DNA of 64,000 nt from Terriglobia bacterium (GCA_965218585.1 CBDCLE010000024.1:128001-192000); one strand, 5' to 3'; counted from the first letter of the stretch, positions 1 through 12,662 are shown. Notes: generated by a model not told the origin, from the letters alone. A program made the numbers and translations.

Positions 1-273
1 ATCGAACGCGCATGAGATGAAGTCTGCGAACTGCATTTCAGCGACCGGGCGCATGCCCATCATTGCCGCTCCGATCGCAGCCCCGACGATCGCCGATTCG
101 GATATCGGCGTATCGATGACCCTGTCTTCGCCAAACTCCTCCAGCATTCCGGCGGTCACCTTGAAGGCTCCGCCGTACACACCCACGTCCTCACCCAGAA
201 CGAAGACGGTCTCGTCCCGGGTCATTTCTTCCCAGATGCCTTCCTTGATTGCTTCAACGTAGGTTGTTGGCAC
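1..273 (-). CDS. 2-oxoacid (pyruvate/branched-chain) dehydrogenase E1 beta subunit, 5' part (runs off window)
   Basis: Manual translation from GTG at 273: [40 protein letters not shown]...[15 protein letters not shown]...[10 protein letters not shown]; directly follows the alpha subunit. Confidence 0.93.
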   Translation of the reverse strand, partial: MPTTYVEAIKEGIWEEMTRDETVFVLGEDVGVYGGAFKVTAGMLEEFGEDRVIDTPISESAIVGAAIGAAMMGMRPVAEMQFADFISCAFD

Positions 274-274
274 C

Positions 275-1291
275 CTATTCCTCGTAGTACACGTCGGTCA
301 GGCAGTCTTCGGGGTTTGGGTAGGGGTCTTTCTCGGCCAGGGCGACCGCTTCGTCGATTTCGCGGACAACCCTTTCGGAGAGTTTCTGAATGGCAGATTC
401 GTCCAGTACTCCCTGCTCGGTCAGGGAAGTTTCGAATCGCTGAATCGGGTCCCGCTTTTCCCAGTCCTCGAAAAGCTTGGGTGGTACGTAGCTGGCGTTG
501 TCATGCGCTGAATGTCCCGTCATGCGGAAACTCTTGCACTCAACCAGGCTGGGTCCTTCGCCTTTGCGGGCCAGCTCGATCGCCCCTCGAACGGCATCCC
601 GGACAGCGACAACATCGTTTCCGTCGACGATCTCTCCCGGCATACCGTAGGCGCTGGCCCGATCGGCGACGTGTTCCACGGCCATCTGGCGATCCAACGG
701 TGTCGAATAGGCGTACTGGTTATTGTTGCAGACGAATACGACGGGGCACTTCATGACCGTCGCCATGTTGACGCCTTCATGCCAGTCTCCTCGACTGGTG
801 GCGCCATCGCCGAAGAAACACACGACCACCTGATTCATTTTCCGGATCTTGAATGACAGTCCAATCCCAGTTGCCACGGGCACGCTGTCGCCGAGCATGC
901 TCACGAAAGCGATCAGGTTGCGGTCGAGCGAGCCCATGTGCATGTTGCCGTCCTTGCCCCGGGTTGGCCCGGTCTTCCGGCCCATGTACTGGGCTAGGAC
1001 TTCTCGTGCCGTCATCCCTCGCATTAGAAAGGCTGCCATGTCCCTGTGAGAGACGCTCACGACGTCGTCGTCCGCCAGATCGATGCAGGAACCGACGGTA
1101 ATGGCCTCCTGGCCACGGCCCACATATACCCCACCCACGATCTTGCCCTGACGATAGAGCTTTCTCTCGATTCGGTCCTCGAGCTCACGGGTCAGCTTCA
1201 TGTAATAGAGCATGTCGGTGAGCGGGTTGGAGGCTGATAGGCGGGAAGGCGAGGACTCTCCGACGGCCGATTGAGATTTGGTGGTTTTCAC
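275..1291 (-). CDS. TPP-dependent 2-oxoacid dehydrogenase E1 alpha subunit
   Basis: GQEA, TPP motif [15 protein letters not shown]...[16 protein letters not shown]. Confidence 0.93.
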   Translation of the reverse strand: MKTTKSQSAVGESSPSRLSASNPLTDMLYYMKLTRELEDRIERKLYRQGKIVGGVYVGRGQEAITVGSCIDLADDDVVSVSHRDMAAFLMRGMTAREVLAQYMGRKTGPTRGKDGNMHMGSLDRNLIAFVSMLGDSVPVATGIGLSFKIRKMNQVVVCFFGDGATSRGDWHEGVNMATVMKCPVVFVCNNNQYAYSTPLDRQMAVEHVADRASAYGMPGEIVDGNDVVAVRDAVRGAIELARKGEGPSLVECKSFRMTGHSAHDNASYVPPKLFEDWEKRDPIQRFETSLTEQGVLDESAIQKLSERVVREIDEAVALAEKDPYPNPEDCLTDVYYEE

Positions 1292-1462
1292 GGTTATACC
1301 CGCTCTCTCGAAATGGCTTCTGGGTCGGCGATCAAGGGGTCAAGATATCCTATAAAAGGGATACTTTTCAAGCCTCGCCGGACCCCTTAAAAGGTTGACA
1401 AATCGACTTTTCACATCCGCAACTATCTGGAAATGAACGCACTCGGCCCATTCCTGGAGGCC

Positions 1463-1921
1463 TCATCGCCGAGGGTCCTGCCCACCATACCGTTCCAGTA
1501 ATTCCAGGTTGAAAGGTGCATGTTCGGGATTTGGATCAAAGCCTCGGTAAATCGTGTGGCACGCGTAACAGACCGTCACTTCACCGACCAGGAGATAAAT
1601 GACCGCGTCCACCAGTGCCGTCCCTGCCAGTGCCAGCATCGCATAAAAGGCATTTGATAAGGCGAACAGGACAATGCTGGCTGCGACACCCAACACAACG
1701 ATGAATATACCGAGTGCCCGATTGAAATCCTTTTGGATGTATAGGTTATCGTGGCCACAGACAGCGCAGGCATCAACCTTCCTGCCCGCTGTGAGCGACT
1801 CGCTGGGTCGGAGGGTCGGGTCCTGACCACATTCAGGACACTTGAATTCCCTCGCTTGGGCAGGCGGCGTCTCCAGTTCCCGCTCACACCTAGAGCATTT
1901 GAAATGTATAATTTGACCCAT
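1463..1921 (-). CDS. Zn-ribbon membrane protein (four CxxC pairs, two TM helices)
   Basis: Start ATG at 1921 (MGQIIHFKCSRC) with AAGAAGGA SD; CSRC, CPEC, CAVC, CYAC and hydrophobic hairpin. Confidence 0.75.
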   Translation of the reverse strand: MGQIIHFKCSRCERELETPPAQAREFKCPECGQDPTLRPSESLTAGRKVDACAVCGHDNLYIQKDFNRALGIFIVVLGVAASIVLFALSNAFYAMLALAGTALVDAVIYLLVGEVTVCYACHTIYRGFDPNPEHAPFNLELLERYGGQDPRR

Positions 1922-2762
1922 GCGAATCCTTCTTGGCGCAGCGATTATATCGCTCCTTTTCCATTCGGTGGGGGTGGCCCAGTCACTGGCGGACCTGGCG
2001 AGGCAGGAAAGGGCTCGACGCGAGAGTTCGACAGTTGAGAGCACCGTTTACACGACTGAGGGGCTTCTGGCCCAGTACGCTCAACCGATCGATCCCGAAT
2101 TGCTCGGCGCACTGGAGGGTTTGCGGGACAGCCTGCTTCAATTTGGGGCGGACGTGGCGGAGCCGACGGCTGGTTTGCTCGACGTTGGTACCGGATTGGC
2201 CGGCGGCTTGGTCGAAATGTTGGAAGCCTTCGAGGCGGGCTCGCTGGACGAGATTGAACGTTTGGAAGTCGAGCTTGACGATCCCTCCCTTTCGGGAGAA
2301 GAAAGAGCCGCACTCGAAGAAGAGCTGTCCGAGGCCCAACGCGTCCTCGCTGAAGTGCGCGCCGAACTGGTTCGGGCTCGACTCCAATCGGGTGAACTGC
2401 AGGCCGCCGAGCAGGAGTTTGAAGAGGTTCAACAGGAAATCGAGGCCGCCGGTTTCACGCCTTCGGCGGAAAACGGATCCGTACCAGCCGATGATCCAGC
2501 GGCGGCACTGATTGCATGGCAGACCGCCGTTGCCGAGCAGAGAGCGCTCGTTCAGGATCTGGAAGACAACGAAGTCCGGCAGTCGCTGGAAATCGGCCGC
2601 CTGAGGGGGCTTGTGACCGCACCGACGGGATCCCAGCAGGTGCGAAATCAGGCTCAGGTAGAGCTCGCTCTTGCTGAAAGTCAGCTGACCGATATTCGAG
2701 CAGCGCTGGATGAAACCCGGATCGAACTTGAGCGCCTGGAGGCGGATAGCCCGGAACAATAA
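1920..2762 (+). CDS. Exported acidic coiled-coil hypothetical protein
   Basis: Signal peptide then QSLADLARQERARR; Glu-rich heptads. Confidence 0.75.
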   Translation: MRILLGAAIISLLFHSVGVAQSLADLARQERARRESSTVESTVYTTEGLLAQYAQPIDPELLGALEGLRDSLLQFGADVAEPTAGLLDVGTGLAGGLVEMLEAFEAGSLDEIERLEVELDDPSLSGEERAALEEELSEAQRVLAEVRAELVRARLQSGELQAAEQEFEEVQQEIEAAGFTPSAENGSVPADDPAAALIAWQTAVAEQRALVQDLEDNEVRQSLEIGRLRGLVTAPTGSQQVRNQAQVELALAESQLTDIRAALDETRIELERLEADSPEQ

Positions 2763-2907
2763 TCTCCTTTCGACGCCCAAGGATGTTCTCAACAGATCAA
2801 TCAAATACACTGCAGGATCGAACCGTCCCCTCCGTCCCTCCGGTGAAGAAAGTGCGACAGACGTCTTGAAGAACGGTCCCATCGGAGAATCGTCGAACGT
2901 TGGCAGG

Positions 2908-4395
2908 ATGCCCCTGATCGAGATGCGGGGCATCTCGAAGACCTTTCCTGGTGTGCACGCGCTCGACGACGTTTCCCTTGCCGTCAACGCCGGCGAAGTT
3001 CATATGCTGCTCGGGCAGAACGGTGCCGGCAAATCGACGCTGATCAAAGTTCTGTGCGGGGCGTATCCTCCCGACGCCGGCGAGTTCCTGATCGAGGGCC
3101 AGCCCGTCCGTATCCGTTCTGCCTCCGATGCCCGTCGGCTCGGCATTGCGGTGATCTTTCAGGAATTCTCGCTTGTTCCATACCTCAATATCGCCCAGAA
3201 CATCTTTCTGGGAAGGGAGTTTCAGGGACGGTTTCCGGGCCTTGTCGATCAACGCCGGCTGCATTCTGAGGCAGAGACCCTGCTCGACGCTCTGGGTATG
3301 AAACTCGACACGCGGATGAAGGCTGCCCAGTTGGGTGTGGCACAGCAGCAGATGGTCGAGATCGCCAAGGCGCTGTCCCAGAACGCCCGGATCCTGGTGA
3401 TGGACGAGCCCACTGCAGCGATTTCCGGTCACGAGATCGAGCGGTTGTTCGAACGTATCGAAAAGCTAAAGCAAGATGGCATTGCGATTATTTACATCTC
3501 TCACCGGTTGAGCGAGGTCTTTGCGATCGGAGACAAGATCACCGTGCTCCGCGATGGCCGCAATGTCGCGTCGCCCGAACCTGGAGAGACGAACATGGAA
3601 GAGTTGGTGCGCCTGATGGTGGGCCGTGAAGTTGATCCGATGAGCCGCCGAAGCGCTTCCGACGAGCCCGGCGAGACCGTGCTCGAGGTACTGAACCTCA
3701 AGGCTGTGAACGGCATTCAGGACGCAAACCTCAGTGTCAGGGCGGGTGAGATAGTCGGGCTCGCGGGTCTGGTTGGGGCGGGGAGAAGCGAACTTGCACG
3801 CGCTATTTTCGGTGCCGAGCGAGTTGTCGGTGGTGAAGTGAGGTTGGAAGGCGAGGCCTTAAAGGGTAATCCGGCCGACGCAGTTCGCCGTGGAGTGGGC
3901 CTTGTTCCTGAAAACCGCAAAGAAGAAGGCCTGGCTATGATCCGTTCCGTTCAGGACAACTTGCTGGTTGCGGGCCTGGGCGAACTGTTTCCTAGCCGGT
4001 GGTACGGGTTCAGGAAGGCAGCCCGGGTTGTTGCCGGATTGATCGACCAACTCAAAGTCGTAACACCCTCACCGCGAAGGCTGGCGAAGTTTTTGAGCGG
4101 TGGCAATCAACAGAAAGTGGTCATCGGAAAGTGGCTCAGCCGCAGCACACGGCTTTACATTTTTGACGAGCCCACGCGTGGCATCGATGTGGGTGCAAAG
4201 GCAGAGATTTTCAGCCTCATGGAAAAGCTCGTAGCCAAGGGTTCTGCCGTTCTCATGATCAGCTCTGAGCTTCCCGAGATTGTTTCCCTCTGTGATCGGG
4301 CTTATGTCATGCGCGATAAGAGAATCGTTGGAGAGCTCCGACGCAAGGAATTGACAGAGGAGAACATACTCAAACTGGCGATGCACCATGGGTGA
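2908..4395 (+). CDS. Monosaccharide (ribose-type, CUT2) ABC transporter ATP-binding protein
   Basis: Two ABC domains; GQNGAGKST, MDEPT, LSGGNQQKV, FDEPTRGIDVGAK; likely start MPLIEM at 2908. Confidence 0.95.
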   Translation: MPLIEMRGISKTFPGVHALDDVSLAVNAGEVHMLLGQNGAGKSTLIKVLCGAYPPDAGEFLIEGQPVRIRSASDARRLGIAVIFQEFSLVPYLNIAQNIFLGREFQGRFPGLVDQRRLHSEAETLLDALGMKLDTRMKAAQLGVAQQQMVEIAKALSQNARILVMDEPTAAISGHEIERLFERIEKLKQDGIAIIYISHRLSEVFAIGDKITVLRDGRNVASPEPGETNMEELVRLMVGREVDPMSRRSASDEPGETVLEVLNLKAVNGIQDANLSVRAGEIVGLAGLVGAGRSELARAIFGAERVVGGEVRLEGEALKGNPADAVRRGVGLVPENRKEEGLAMIRSVQDNLLVAGLGELFPSRWYGFRKAARVVAGLIDQLKVVTPSPRRLAKFLSGGNQQKVVIGKWLSRSTRLYIFDEPTRGIDVGAKAEIFSLMEKLVAKGSAVLMISSELPEIVSLCDRAYVMRDKRIVGELRRKELTEENILKLAMHHG

Positions 4396-5365
4396 AACCT
4401 CTTCCGTTCGAGTCAACCCCGGCGCGGGCAACTCGGGCCCGATCGCACGCATGGCCGCGATCCCGGGCGTTGCCTACCTTTTGGTTTTGCTGTTTATCGT
4501 CTTTTCTGTCTTCGGCCCCCGCTTCGCTTCTGTTCCGAATCTGATGAACATCGGAACGCAGTCTTCCATCCTTCTGTTGCTGGCGCTGCCCATGACGCTG
4601 ATCATCATGGCTGAAGGGCTCGATCTTTCCGTTGGCGCGGTGCTAGGGTTGGCTGGCATCGTTCTGGCGATGGTGCTCGTAGCGGGATACGGGATTCCGG
4701 TCGCGCTTCTGGCGGCTGTGCTGGTGGGCCTTACCTTCGGAATCGTCAACGGAGTGCTGGTGACCTCTCTGATGATGCCGCCGTTTGTCGTTACTCTGGG
4801 AACGCTGGGCGTCGCTCAGGGCGCAGCGCTGGCGGTGACTGACGGGAGCAGTGTCGTCGGGATTGGTCTGGAATTGCCCATGCTCTACGCCAGCACCTGG
4901 CTGGGTCTCCCTTTTTCAGTGATCGTGGCGGGAGTCGTCTACGTTGTTTTTCATTTTGTCCTCTACCACACACGGTTCGGCACCTATGTTTTCGCAATTG
5001 GCGGGAACAGCGAAGCATTGATGCTTGCCGGCGTGCCCGTAAAGCTGTATCACGTATCGATCTATGCTCTCGGAGGATTGATGGCGGGGTTTGGAGCCCT
5101 CCTTTTGACTGGCCGCATGAATTCGGGACACCCGACGGCGGCTATCGGCATGGAGTTTGACGCGATCGCCGCGGTCGTGGTCGGAGGCACGCGTTTCGAG
5201 CATGGCGACGGTTGGCTGGGAGGAACAGTTCTGGGAGTACTCGCTGTCGGCGTATTGAAGAACGGACTCAACGTTATGGCCGTGCCGTCCTCGTTGCAGG
5301 TTGCCAGCATTGGGTTGCTGGTAATCGTCGCGTTGCTTATCGATTCGATCCGGGGACGATCATGA
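4388..5365 (+). CDS. Monosaccharide ABC transporter permease
   Basis: GLDLSVGA, PPFVVTLG, AIGGN..A..AGV, AIAAVVVGG motifs (RbsC family). Confidence 0.93.
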   Translation: MGETSSVRVNPGAGNSGPIARMAAIPGVAYLLVLLFIVFSVFGPRFASVPNLMNIGTQSSILLLLALPMTLIIMAEGLDLSVGAVLGLAGIVLAMVLVAGYGIPVALLAAVLVGLTFGIVNGVLVTSLMMPPFVVTLGTLGVAQGAALAVTDGSSVVGIGLELPMLYASTWLGLPFSVIVAGVVYVVFHFVLYHTRFGTYVFAIGGNSEALMLAGVPVKLYHVSIYALGGLMAGFGALLLTGRMNSGHPTAAIGMEFDAIAAVVVGGTRFEHGDGWLGGTVLGVLAVGVLKNGLNVMAVPSSLQVASIGLLVIVALLIDSIRGRS

Positions 5366-6342
5366 ACCAGACCCACACAGCCGCTGTGCATCAGGTCGGC
5401 CTTTCAGTGCATATTCCTGCGATCGGATACCGATTGCTGGGCGTCCTGGCGCTGGGATTGGTTCTTGCCCTTTCGACCGACGCTTTTCTGACTGCGGCCA
5501 ACCTGCTCAACGTTTTGCGTCAGGCAAGCCTGATTTTCCTGATCGGATCCGGCCTGACGCTGGTCATCGTGACTGCAGGTCTCGATTTGTCGGTAGGTGC
5601 GAACCTCGGGTTGAGTGCATGTCTGGCGGCATCTGCGATTCAGGCGACAGGATCGATCATGCTGGGTATTGCGGCAGGGTTGGCCTGTGGTCTGCTGATC
5701 GGGGTTCTGAACGGGTTCATGGTCACGTTGTTGAGGCTTCCGCCGTTCATTGCGACGTACGGCATGCTTTGGATGGTGTACGGAATCAATTACTGGTACA
5801 TGGCCGGATCGACTATTTACGACTTTCCGCCGGGATTCCGAAACATCGGTAGCGGCTACCTGCTGGGTGTCCCGATCCCTGTCTATCTCATGGGTTTGTG
5901 CATCCTTGTGGGCGGGTTGTTCACACGCTACACTACCTACGGCCACGATGTGTATGCGATCGGAGCCAACCGGGAGGCCGCACGTTTGTCCGGCGTTCCG
6001 GTGCGTTCCCGACTCATGCTCGTGTACACATTAAGTGGTGCGATGGCAGGTCTGAGCGGCATCGTTTACCTGGCGCGGCTCAATTCTGCCGAAGCCGGCA
6101 TGGGCGAATCCCTCCTGCTGCCCGCTATTGCTGCCGTGCTGATCGGCGGTACATCCCTTTTTGGCGGTGTCGGGAGCCTGGTGGGCACGTTTGTTGGTGC
6201 GCTAATCCTGACCCTGGCACTGAACGGTATGAACCTGCTGACGATTGACGCCAACTGGCAGCCTCTCATCACAGGGGTTATCGTGTTGCTGGCAGCATGG
6301 ATCGATGCTTCGAGCCGAAGACGGGCCGAAGCCCGTGCTTAA
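5362..6342 (+). CDS. Monosaccharide ABC transporter permease
   Basis: GLDLSVGA, LPPFIATYG, AIGANREAARLSGV; ATGA overlap with previous gene. Confidence 0.93.
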   Translation: MNQTHTAAVHQVGLSVHIPAIGYRLLGVLALGLVLALSTDAFLTAANLLNVLRQASLIFLIGSGLTLVIVTAGLDLSVGANLGLSACLAASAIQATGSIMLGIAAGLACGLLIGVLNGFMVTLLRLPPFIATYGMLWMVYGINYWYMAGSTIYDFPPGFRNIGSGYLLGVPIPVYLMGLCILVGGLFTRYTTYGHDVYAIGANREAARLSGVPVRSRLMLVYTLSGAMAGLSGIVYLARLNSAEAGMGESLLLPAIAAVLIGGTSLFGGVGSLVGTFVGALILTLALNGMNLLTIDANWQPLITGVIVLLAAWIDASSRRRAEARA

Positions 6343-6382
6343 GACAGCTGATAGCTAAATCGAATAGAAAGAGGAGAAATCC

Positions 6383-7384
6383 ATGAAAGACGCATGGCTC
6401 CAAAAGCTCACGGTCGCAGTCCTCCTCGCTGGAGTTCTGGGTTCGTGCGCTACCGGCGATGAAGGCGCGGATGGTGCGGCTACGGAAGGAAACGAAACCC
6501 TGGCCGTTTTCACGAAAAACCAGATCAATCCGTTCTTTGAGGCCGTACGTGTGGGTGCTGAAAGAGGGGCAGCAGGGATGAACGCCAACGTCGTGCAGTA
6601 CGTGCCCACCAGACCGGACAGCATTCCTGAGCAGATGAGCCAGGTTGAGGACGTTGCCATCAGCAGGCCCGATGCGGTCGTCTTCACTCCGGTCGACTCC
6701 CAGGCGATGGTTCCCGGGGTCTTGATGATGAACGTTGCCGAGATACCGGTGATCAACATCACGGATCCTGTTCTGGGTGGAGATGTCGTTACTTTCATGG
6801 GCTGCGACGAATTCACTCTCGCACTGAGCACCGGACGTTTCATTCTGGAAAGAATGGGCGGGGAGGGGAACGTCATCATCCTCGAGGGCGTGGGTGGTTC
6901 GCTCAACAGCATCAATCGCGTGGGCGGTTTCGTGGCGGCGATCGAAGAGTTCCCGGATGTCACGTTGCTGACTTCGCAACCCGGCAATTTCCAGAGGTTG
7001 CAGGCGCTCCAGGTGATGGAAAACCTCCTTCAGACCTACCCCGAGATCGATGGCGTTCTTGCTGCCAACGACTCCATGGCATTGGGTGCAATCGAGGCTA
7101 TGGATGCCGCCAACAGGGCAGCACTCGTGGTCGGTCTCAACGGCACGAAGGAAGCGGTCGACGCGATAAAGGAAGGAAGTCTACTGGCGTCGGGCGACTG
7201 TGATCCTTTCCTGCATGGCTGCCTTGGTTCAATGGCCGCGGTGAGACATCTGCGCAACCTTCCGGTGCCCGAGGAGTTCCACTTTCCCATTACGGTCATC
7301 GAAGAGGGCAACTACGAACCCTTTGATGTGTTCCTGGAGGACAAGATCTGCCCGGCGTGGGAGAGTATCGTGGGTTCGGAGTAG
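6383..7384 (+). CDS. Sugar ABC transporter substrate-binding lipoprotein (RbsB-like)
   Basis: Lipobox LGSC; NPFF, ANDSMALGAIEA motifs; GAGGAG SD. Confidence 0.92.
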   Translation: MKDAWLQKLTVAVLLAGVLGSCATGDEGADGAATEGNETLAVFTKNQINPFFEAVRVGAERGAAGMNANVVQYVPTRPDSIPEQMSQVEDVAISRPDAVVFTPVDSQAMVPGVLMMNVAEIPVINITDPVLGGDVVTFMGCDEFTLALSTGRFILERMGGEGNVIILEGVGGSLNSINRVGGFVAAIEEFPDVTLLTSQPGNFQRLQALQVMENLLQTYPEIDGVLAANDSMALGAIEAMDAANRAALVVGLNGTKEAVDAIKEGSLLASGDCDPFLHGCLGSMAAVRHLRNLPVPEEFHFPITVIEEGNYEPFDVFLEDKICPAWESIVGSE

Positions 7385-7402
7385 AGTTTACCGCTGCACC
7401 AG

Positions 7403-8200
7403 TTACTGGTCTTCTGATCCAAAAACTTCCTGGAAGTAGAAGAAATCCTGCGTGTCCACGCAGATGGATTCCCGGATGCGATCATCCGGTGGCCGCCGTC
7501 TCAAGGTTACAGTTCTTATCCAAGGACCGGCCAGAACGTTGGGGTCCTCGACCGTGGCCTCGTACTCGAGCGTGTCGGCATCGCTCAGCCAGTAGCGCTC
7601 CACGACATGCAGGTCTTCGGTGTGAAACGTTCCCAGCGATTGAAGCCACGTTTCATCGTTGAACCCGATCACATCGACAACCAGAGTGTCTCCATCCCAT
7701 TCGCCGACCGAGTCGCCCATGAACGTCGGAAACCAGTCATCAGGGTGATCTCGTCCATCGGTCGGGATTATGCGGAACCTGTGTTCGGCTTCATAAAGGA
7801 TGATGATCTCGTCCGGGATCTGGACGATCCTCAGAGGGTTCGGGCCTCCAGTCTGGCGGGGAAGGCCTCGAGGTATGCAACGCAGGCTCGGGTCGTCTGC
7901 TTCGGTGAATTCCCGAACCCGTTCCAGGGCTTCCGGTGTGTAGGGAAGACCTCCACCCGGATTGGCGATTCTGTTGGCCGAGGTTCTTTCTTCCCTTTCG
8001 AGAGTGAAGTTCGATATGTCGAGCGTATTGGTCTGCCAAATGCCCGAGAGATCGGGCCTGCCGTCACCGGCTCTGGGAATCGGCCCAGCCCCATTGTCGG
8101 CAAGCTCTTGGGGCGCCGCCCAGACGTTGCCCGATGTCGGAAAAAATACGAGAACCGCCCACACTGCAAATATCGCCGTAACAATAGCAAGACGTTTCAT
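7403..8200 (-). CDS. Exported conserved hypothetical protein
   Basis: Signal peptide; GRPDLSGIW, CIPRGLPR, GDSVGEWDGDTLVVD, LHVVER motifs of a common acidobacterial secreted family. Confidence 0.8.
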   Translation of the reverse strand: MKRLAIVTAIFAVWAVLVFFPTSGNVWAAPQELADNGAGPIPRAGDGRPDLSGIWQTNTLDISNFTLEREERTSANRIANPGGGLPYTPEALERVREFTEADDPSLRCIPRGLPRQTGGPNPLRIVQIPDEIIILYEAEHRFRIIPTDGRDHPDDWFPTFMGDSVGEWDGDTLVVDVIGFNDETWLQSLGTFHTEDLHVVERYWLSDADTLEYEATVEDPNVLAGPWIRTVTLRRRPPDDRIRESICVDTQDFFYFQEVFGSEDQ

Positions 8201-8237
8201 TTCACTAACTCCTCGGAATCGTCTGGAAATCTGCTAG

Positions 8238-9974
8238 CCCGCATATTTCACCGATAGGACCAGAAAAGGCCGCCCTGTCTGGCATAAAGCGTTTTGAAAT
8301 AAACGTTTAACAAGCCAAACGGAGACGGCCCTTATGAGAACAGAGTGTAACCAAACGACGTTCGAATTTCACGGACTTCTTCAACGAAAAGTGAAGGCGC
8401 GTTTTGACGGCGGAAAGATCACCTCCGACGCTGGGGTTCTGCTGTTGAGGGAAGTGGAAAAGCGAACGGGTCTGATCGCCGGACTGGCCGAGTGTTTCAG
8501 GGATTACCGGGACGCGAGGTTGATCGAACACACGGTGAGCGAGTTATTGGGGCAGCGCGTCTACGGACTCTGTCTGGGCTACGAGGATCTGAACGATCAT
8601 GACCAACTGCGGACCGATCCGATGCTGGCCGTGGCGGTGGATAAGGCCGATCCACTGGGGGAGAAGCGGCGGCAGGCCCGAGACCGGGGAAAAGCGTTGG
8701 CGGGCAAGTGTACGCTGAACCGGTTGGAACTGACCGGGGAGCAAGTCGATGGGAAGGAGCGGTACAAGAAGATGGCCATGGACCCGGACAAGATCGACCG
8801 CTGGATGGTGGATGCATTTGTGGCGGCTCACGGATCGGCGCCCGAGGAGATTGTTCTGGACCTGGATGCGACCGATGATCCGATCCATGGCCATCAGGAA
8901 GGACGGTTCTTTCACGGCTACTACGGCAACTACTGTTATCTGCCGCTCTACATCTTTTCGGGAGAGCATCTGCTATGCGCCCGGTTGCGGTGCTCCAATG
9001 TCGACGGTGCGGACGGCGCCGTCGAGGAATTGAACCGCATCATCGGCCAGATCCGGCAGAGCTGGCCGGAGGTGTCGATTATCATCCGGGCCGACTCGGG
9101 CTTTTGCCGGGATGAATTGCTGAGTTGGTGCGAGGCCCACCAGGTCGATTACGTGGTGGGTCTGGCCAAGAACGATCGGCTCAAGCGCGAGATCGCTGAA
9201 TCGATGAGTCAGGCCGAAGCCGAGTTTAACGACACCGGGAAACCGGCGCGGGTGTTTAACGATTTCCGGTATCGCACTCGGAAGAGCTGGACCTGCACCC
9301 GACGCGTCATCGGCAAGGCCGAGTTCCTGGAGAAAGGCGCCAATCCTCGATTCGTTGTGACCTCACTGTCGCCGGAACGCCTGGACGCCCGCGCCCTCTA
9401 TGAAGACTTTTACTGTGCGCGGGGCGACATGGAAAATCGCATCAAGGAACAGCAGTTGGATCTATTCGCCGACCGGACCAGCGCGGCAACCATGCGCGCC
9501 AATCAACTCCGGCTCTATCTGTCCTCGGCCGCCTACATGCTCCTGCACGCGTTACGCCGTCTGGGACTGAAGAATACCGATCTGGCCCGCGCTCAGTGCC
9601 AGACGATCCGCTTGAAGCTCCTCAAGATCGGAGCTCAAGTCCGTCTGACGGTTCGCAACATCTGGATCTCCATGTCGGAAGCCTATCCCTACGCCGAGGT
9701 CTTTGCCCTCGTCCATCGAAACCTGCAGGCGCTTCCTCTGCGCTGCTGAGAACCGACCCGATCCCCTGCGCCAAAATCGACTCGCTCTTTTCGGCTCCGC
9801 CGAGGTTTGTCTCAGTGCGTTTCGTCACCCTCTTCTGAACCCGAAAACGCAGCAACTCCCGCTTGTCGACACCGCCGAGTCACGCCACACATGCCCAATT
9901 CGAACCCAGATCCTCCCGAATCCGATTCTTACTGCCCAAATCCCCCTGATCGCCGGACTGGTGAAACATGCGGG
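8238..9974 (+). mobile_element. IS1380-family element, copy 1 (1737 bp)
   Basis: TIRs CCCGCATATTTCACC / GGTGAAACATGCGGG; flanked by CTAG on both sides; near-identical to 28267-30003. Confidence 0.95.
8334..9749 (+). CDS. IS1380-family DDE transposase
   Basis: FDGGKITSDAG, LDLDATDD, FHGYY, RADSGF, RGDMENRIKE. Confidence 0.95.
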   Translation: MRTECNQTTFEFHGLLQRKVKARFDGGKITSDAGVLLLREVEKRTGLIAGLAECFRDYRDARLIEHTVSELLGQRVYGLCLGYEDLNDHDQLRTDPMLAVAVDKADPLGEKRRQARDRGKALAGKCTLNRLELTGEQVDGKERYKKMAMDPDKIDRWMVDAFVAAHGSAPEEIVLDLDATDDPIHGHQEGRFFHGYYGNYCYLPLYIFSGEHLLCARLRCSNVDGADGAVEELNRIIGQIRQSWPEVSIIIRADSGFCRDELLSWCEAHQVDYVVGLAKNDRLKREIAESMSQAEAEFNDTGKPARVFNDFRYRTRKSWTCTRRVIGKAEFLEKGANPRFVVTSLSPERLDARALYEDFYCARGDMENRIKEQQLDLFADRTSAATMRANQLRLYLSSAAYMLLHALRRLGLKNTDLARAQCQTIRLKLLKIGAQVRLTVRNIWISMSEAYPYAEVFALVHRNLQALPLRC

Positions 9975-10042
9975 CTAGCCCGATGTAGGCAGCCGATCCT
10001 TGTCTTTTCTCTGCGTCTCTGCGCCTCTGCGTTCTGTCCCTC

Positions 10043-12118
<2,076 letters not shown>

Positions 12119-12183
12119 TGAATAGTTGATAATTGCCTGAATCGACGACAAACACAAGAGGCGTTGCGGTATACGTACGTGAA

Positions 12184-12243
12184 CTGTAGGTGCGGTCTGT
12201 GACCGCACAAATTATTTTGTGCGCTCATAGAGCGCACCTACAG
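12184..12243. repeat. GTAG-type REP doublet
   Basis: GTAGGTGCGGTCTGTGACCGCAC...GTGCGCTCATAGAGCGCACCTAC; sister copy at 58336-58385. Confidence 0.8.
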
Positions 12244-12255
12244 AAGAAGGTTCCA

Positions 12256-12294
12256 AAAAAAAAGGCCCATCGCAGGTTCTGCGATGGGCCTTTC
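12256..12294. terminator. Bidirectional intrinsic terminator after iscA
   Basis: A-run-GGCCCATCGCAG-GTT-CTGCGATGGGCC-TTTT. Confidence 0.85.
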
Positions 12295-12314
12295 TGTTAA
12301 CCGGCACTCAGGTT

Positions 12315-12662
12315 CTAGGTACTGAACGACTCTCCACAGCCGCAGGTGCCGGTAGCATTCGGGTTGTTGAACTTGAAACCCGCCCCATGGAGGCCATCGA
12401 CGTAGTCAACTTCCGAGCCTGCCAGCTGGAGCATACTCGCGCGATCGACAAAAATTTTCAGACCGTCGAAATCGAACACTTGATCCGTGTCCTCATTCCA
12501 GGCCTTGTCAAAACCCATTCGGTAGGAAAAACCCGAGCATCCGCCACCGACCACCTGAATTCGCAATCCGGCGTATGTTTCGGGTTGCTCGCCCAGGATT
12601 TCCCTCACCTTATCCTCAGCCTTCTTGGTTATCGTAATCGCCGTGGTCTCTGCTACAGCCAT
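12315..12662 (-). CDS. iscA: A-type Fe-S carrier (IscA/ErpA/HesB)
   Basis: GGGCSGFSY and FNNPNA..TCGCGESF. Confidence 0.93.
   Translation of the reverse strand: MAVAETTAITITKKAEDKVREILGEQPETYAGLRIQVVGGGCSGFSYRMGFDKAWNEDTDQVFDFDGLKIFVDRASMLQLAGSEVDYVDGLHGAGFKFNNPNATGTCGCGESFST

Noticed and set aside
1983-2987. Long antisense ORFs (also 10358-11302, 30221-31381, 37279-38337, 39106-40224, 51751-52683, 54689-55993)
   Set aside because: Shadows of well-supported genes on the opposite strand in GC-rich DNA; no motifs.
10008-10036. CTCTGCG-type short tandem repeats (also GCTGA repeats at 6345 and 18391)
   Set aside because: Only 3-4 short units; common intergenic low-complexity elements with no assignable function here.
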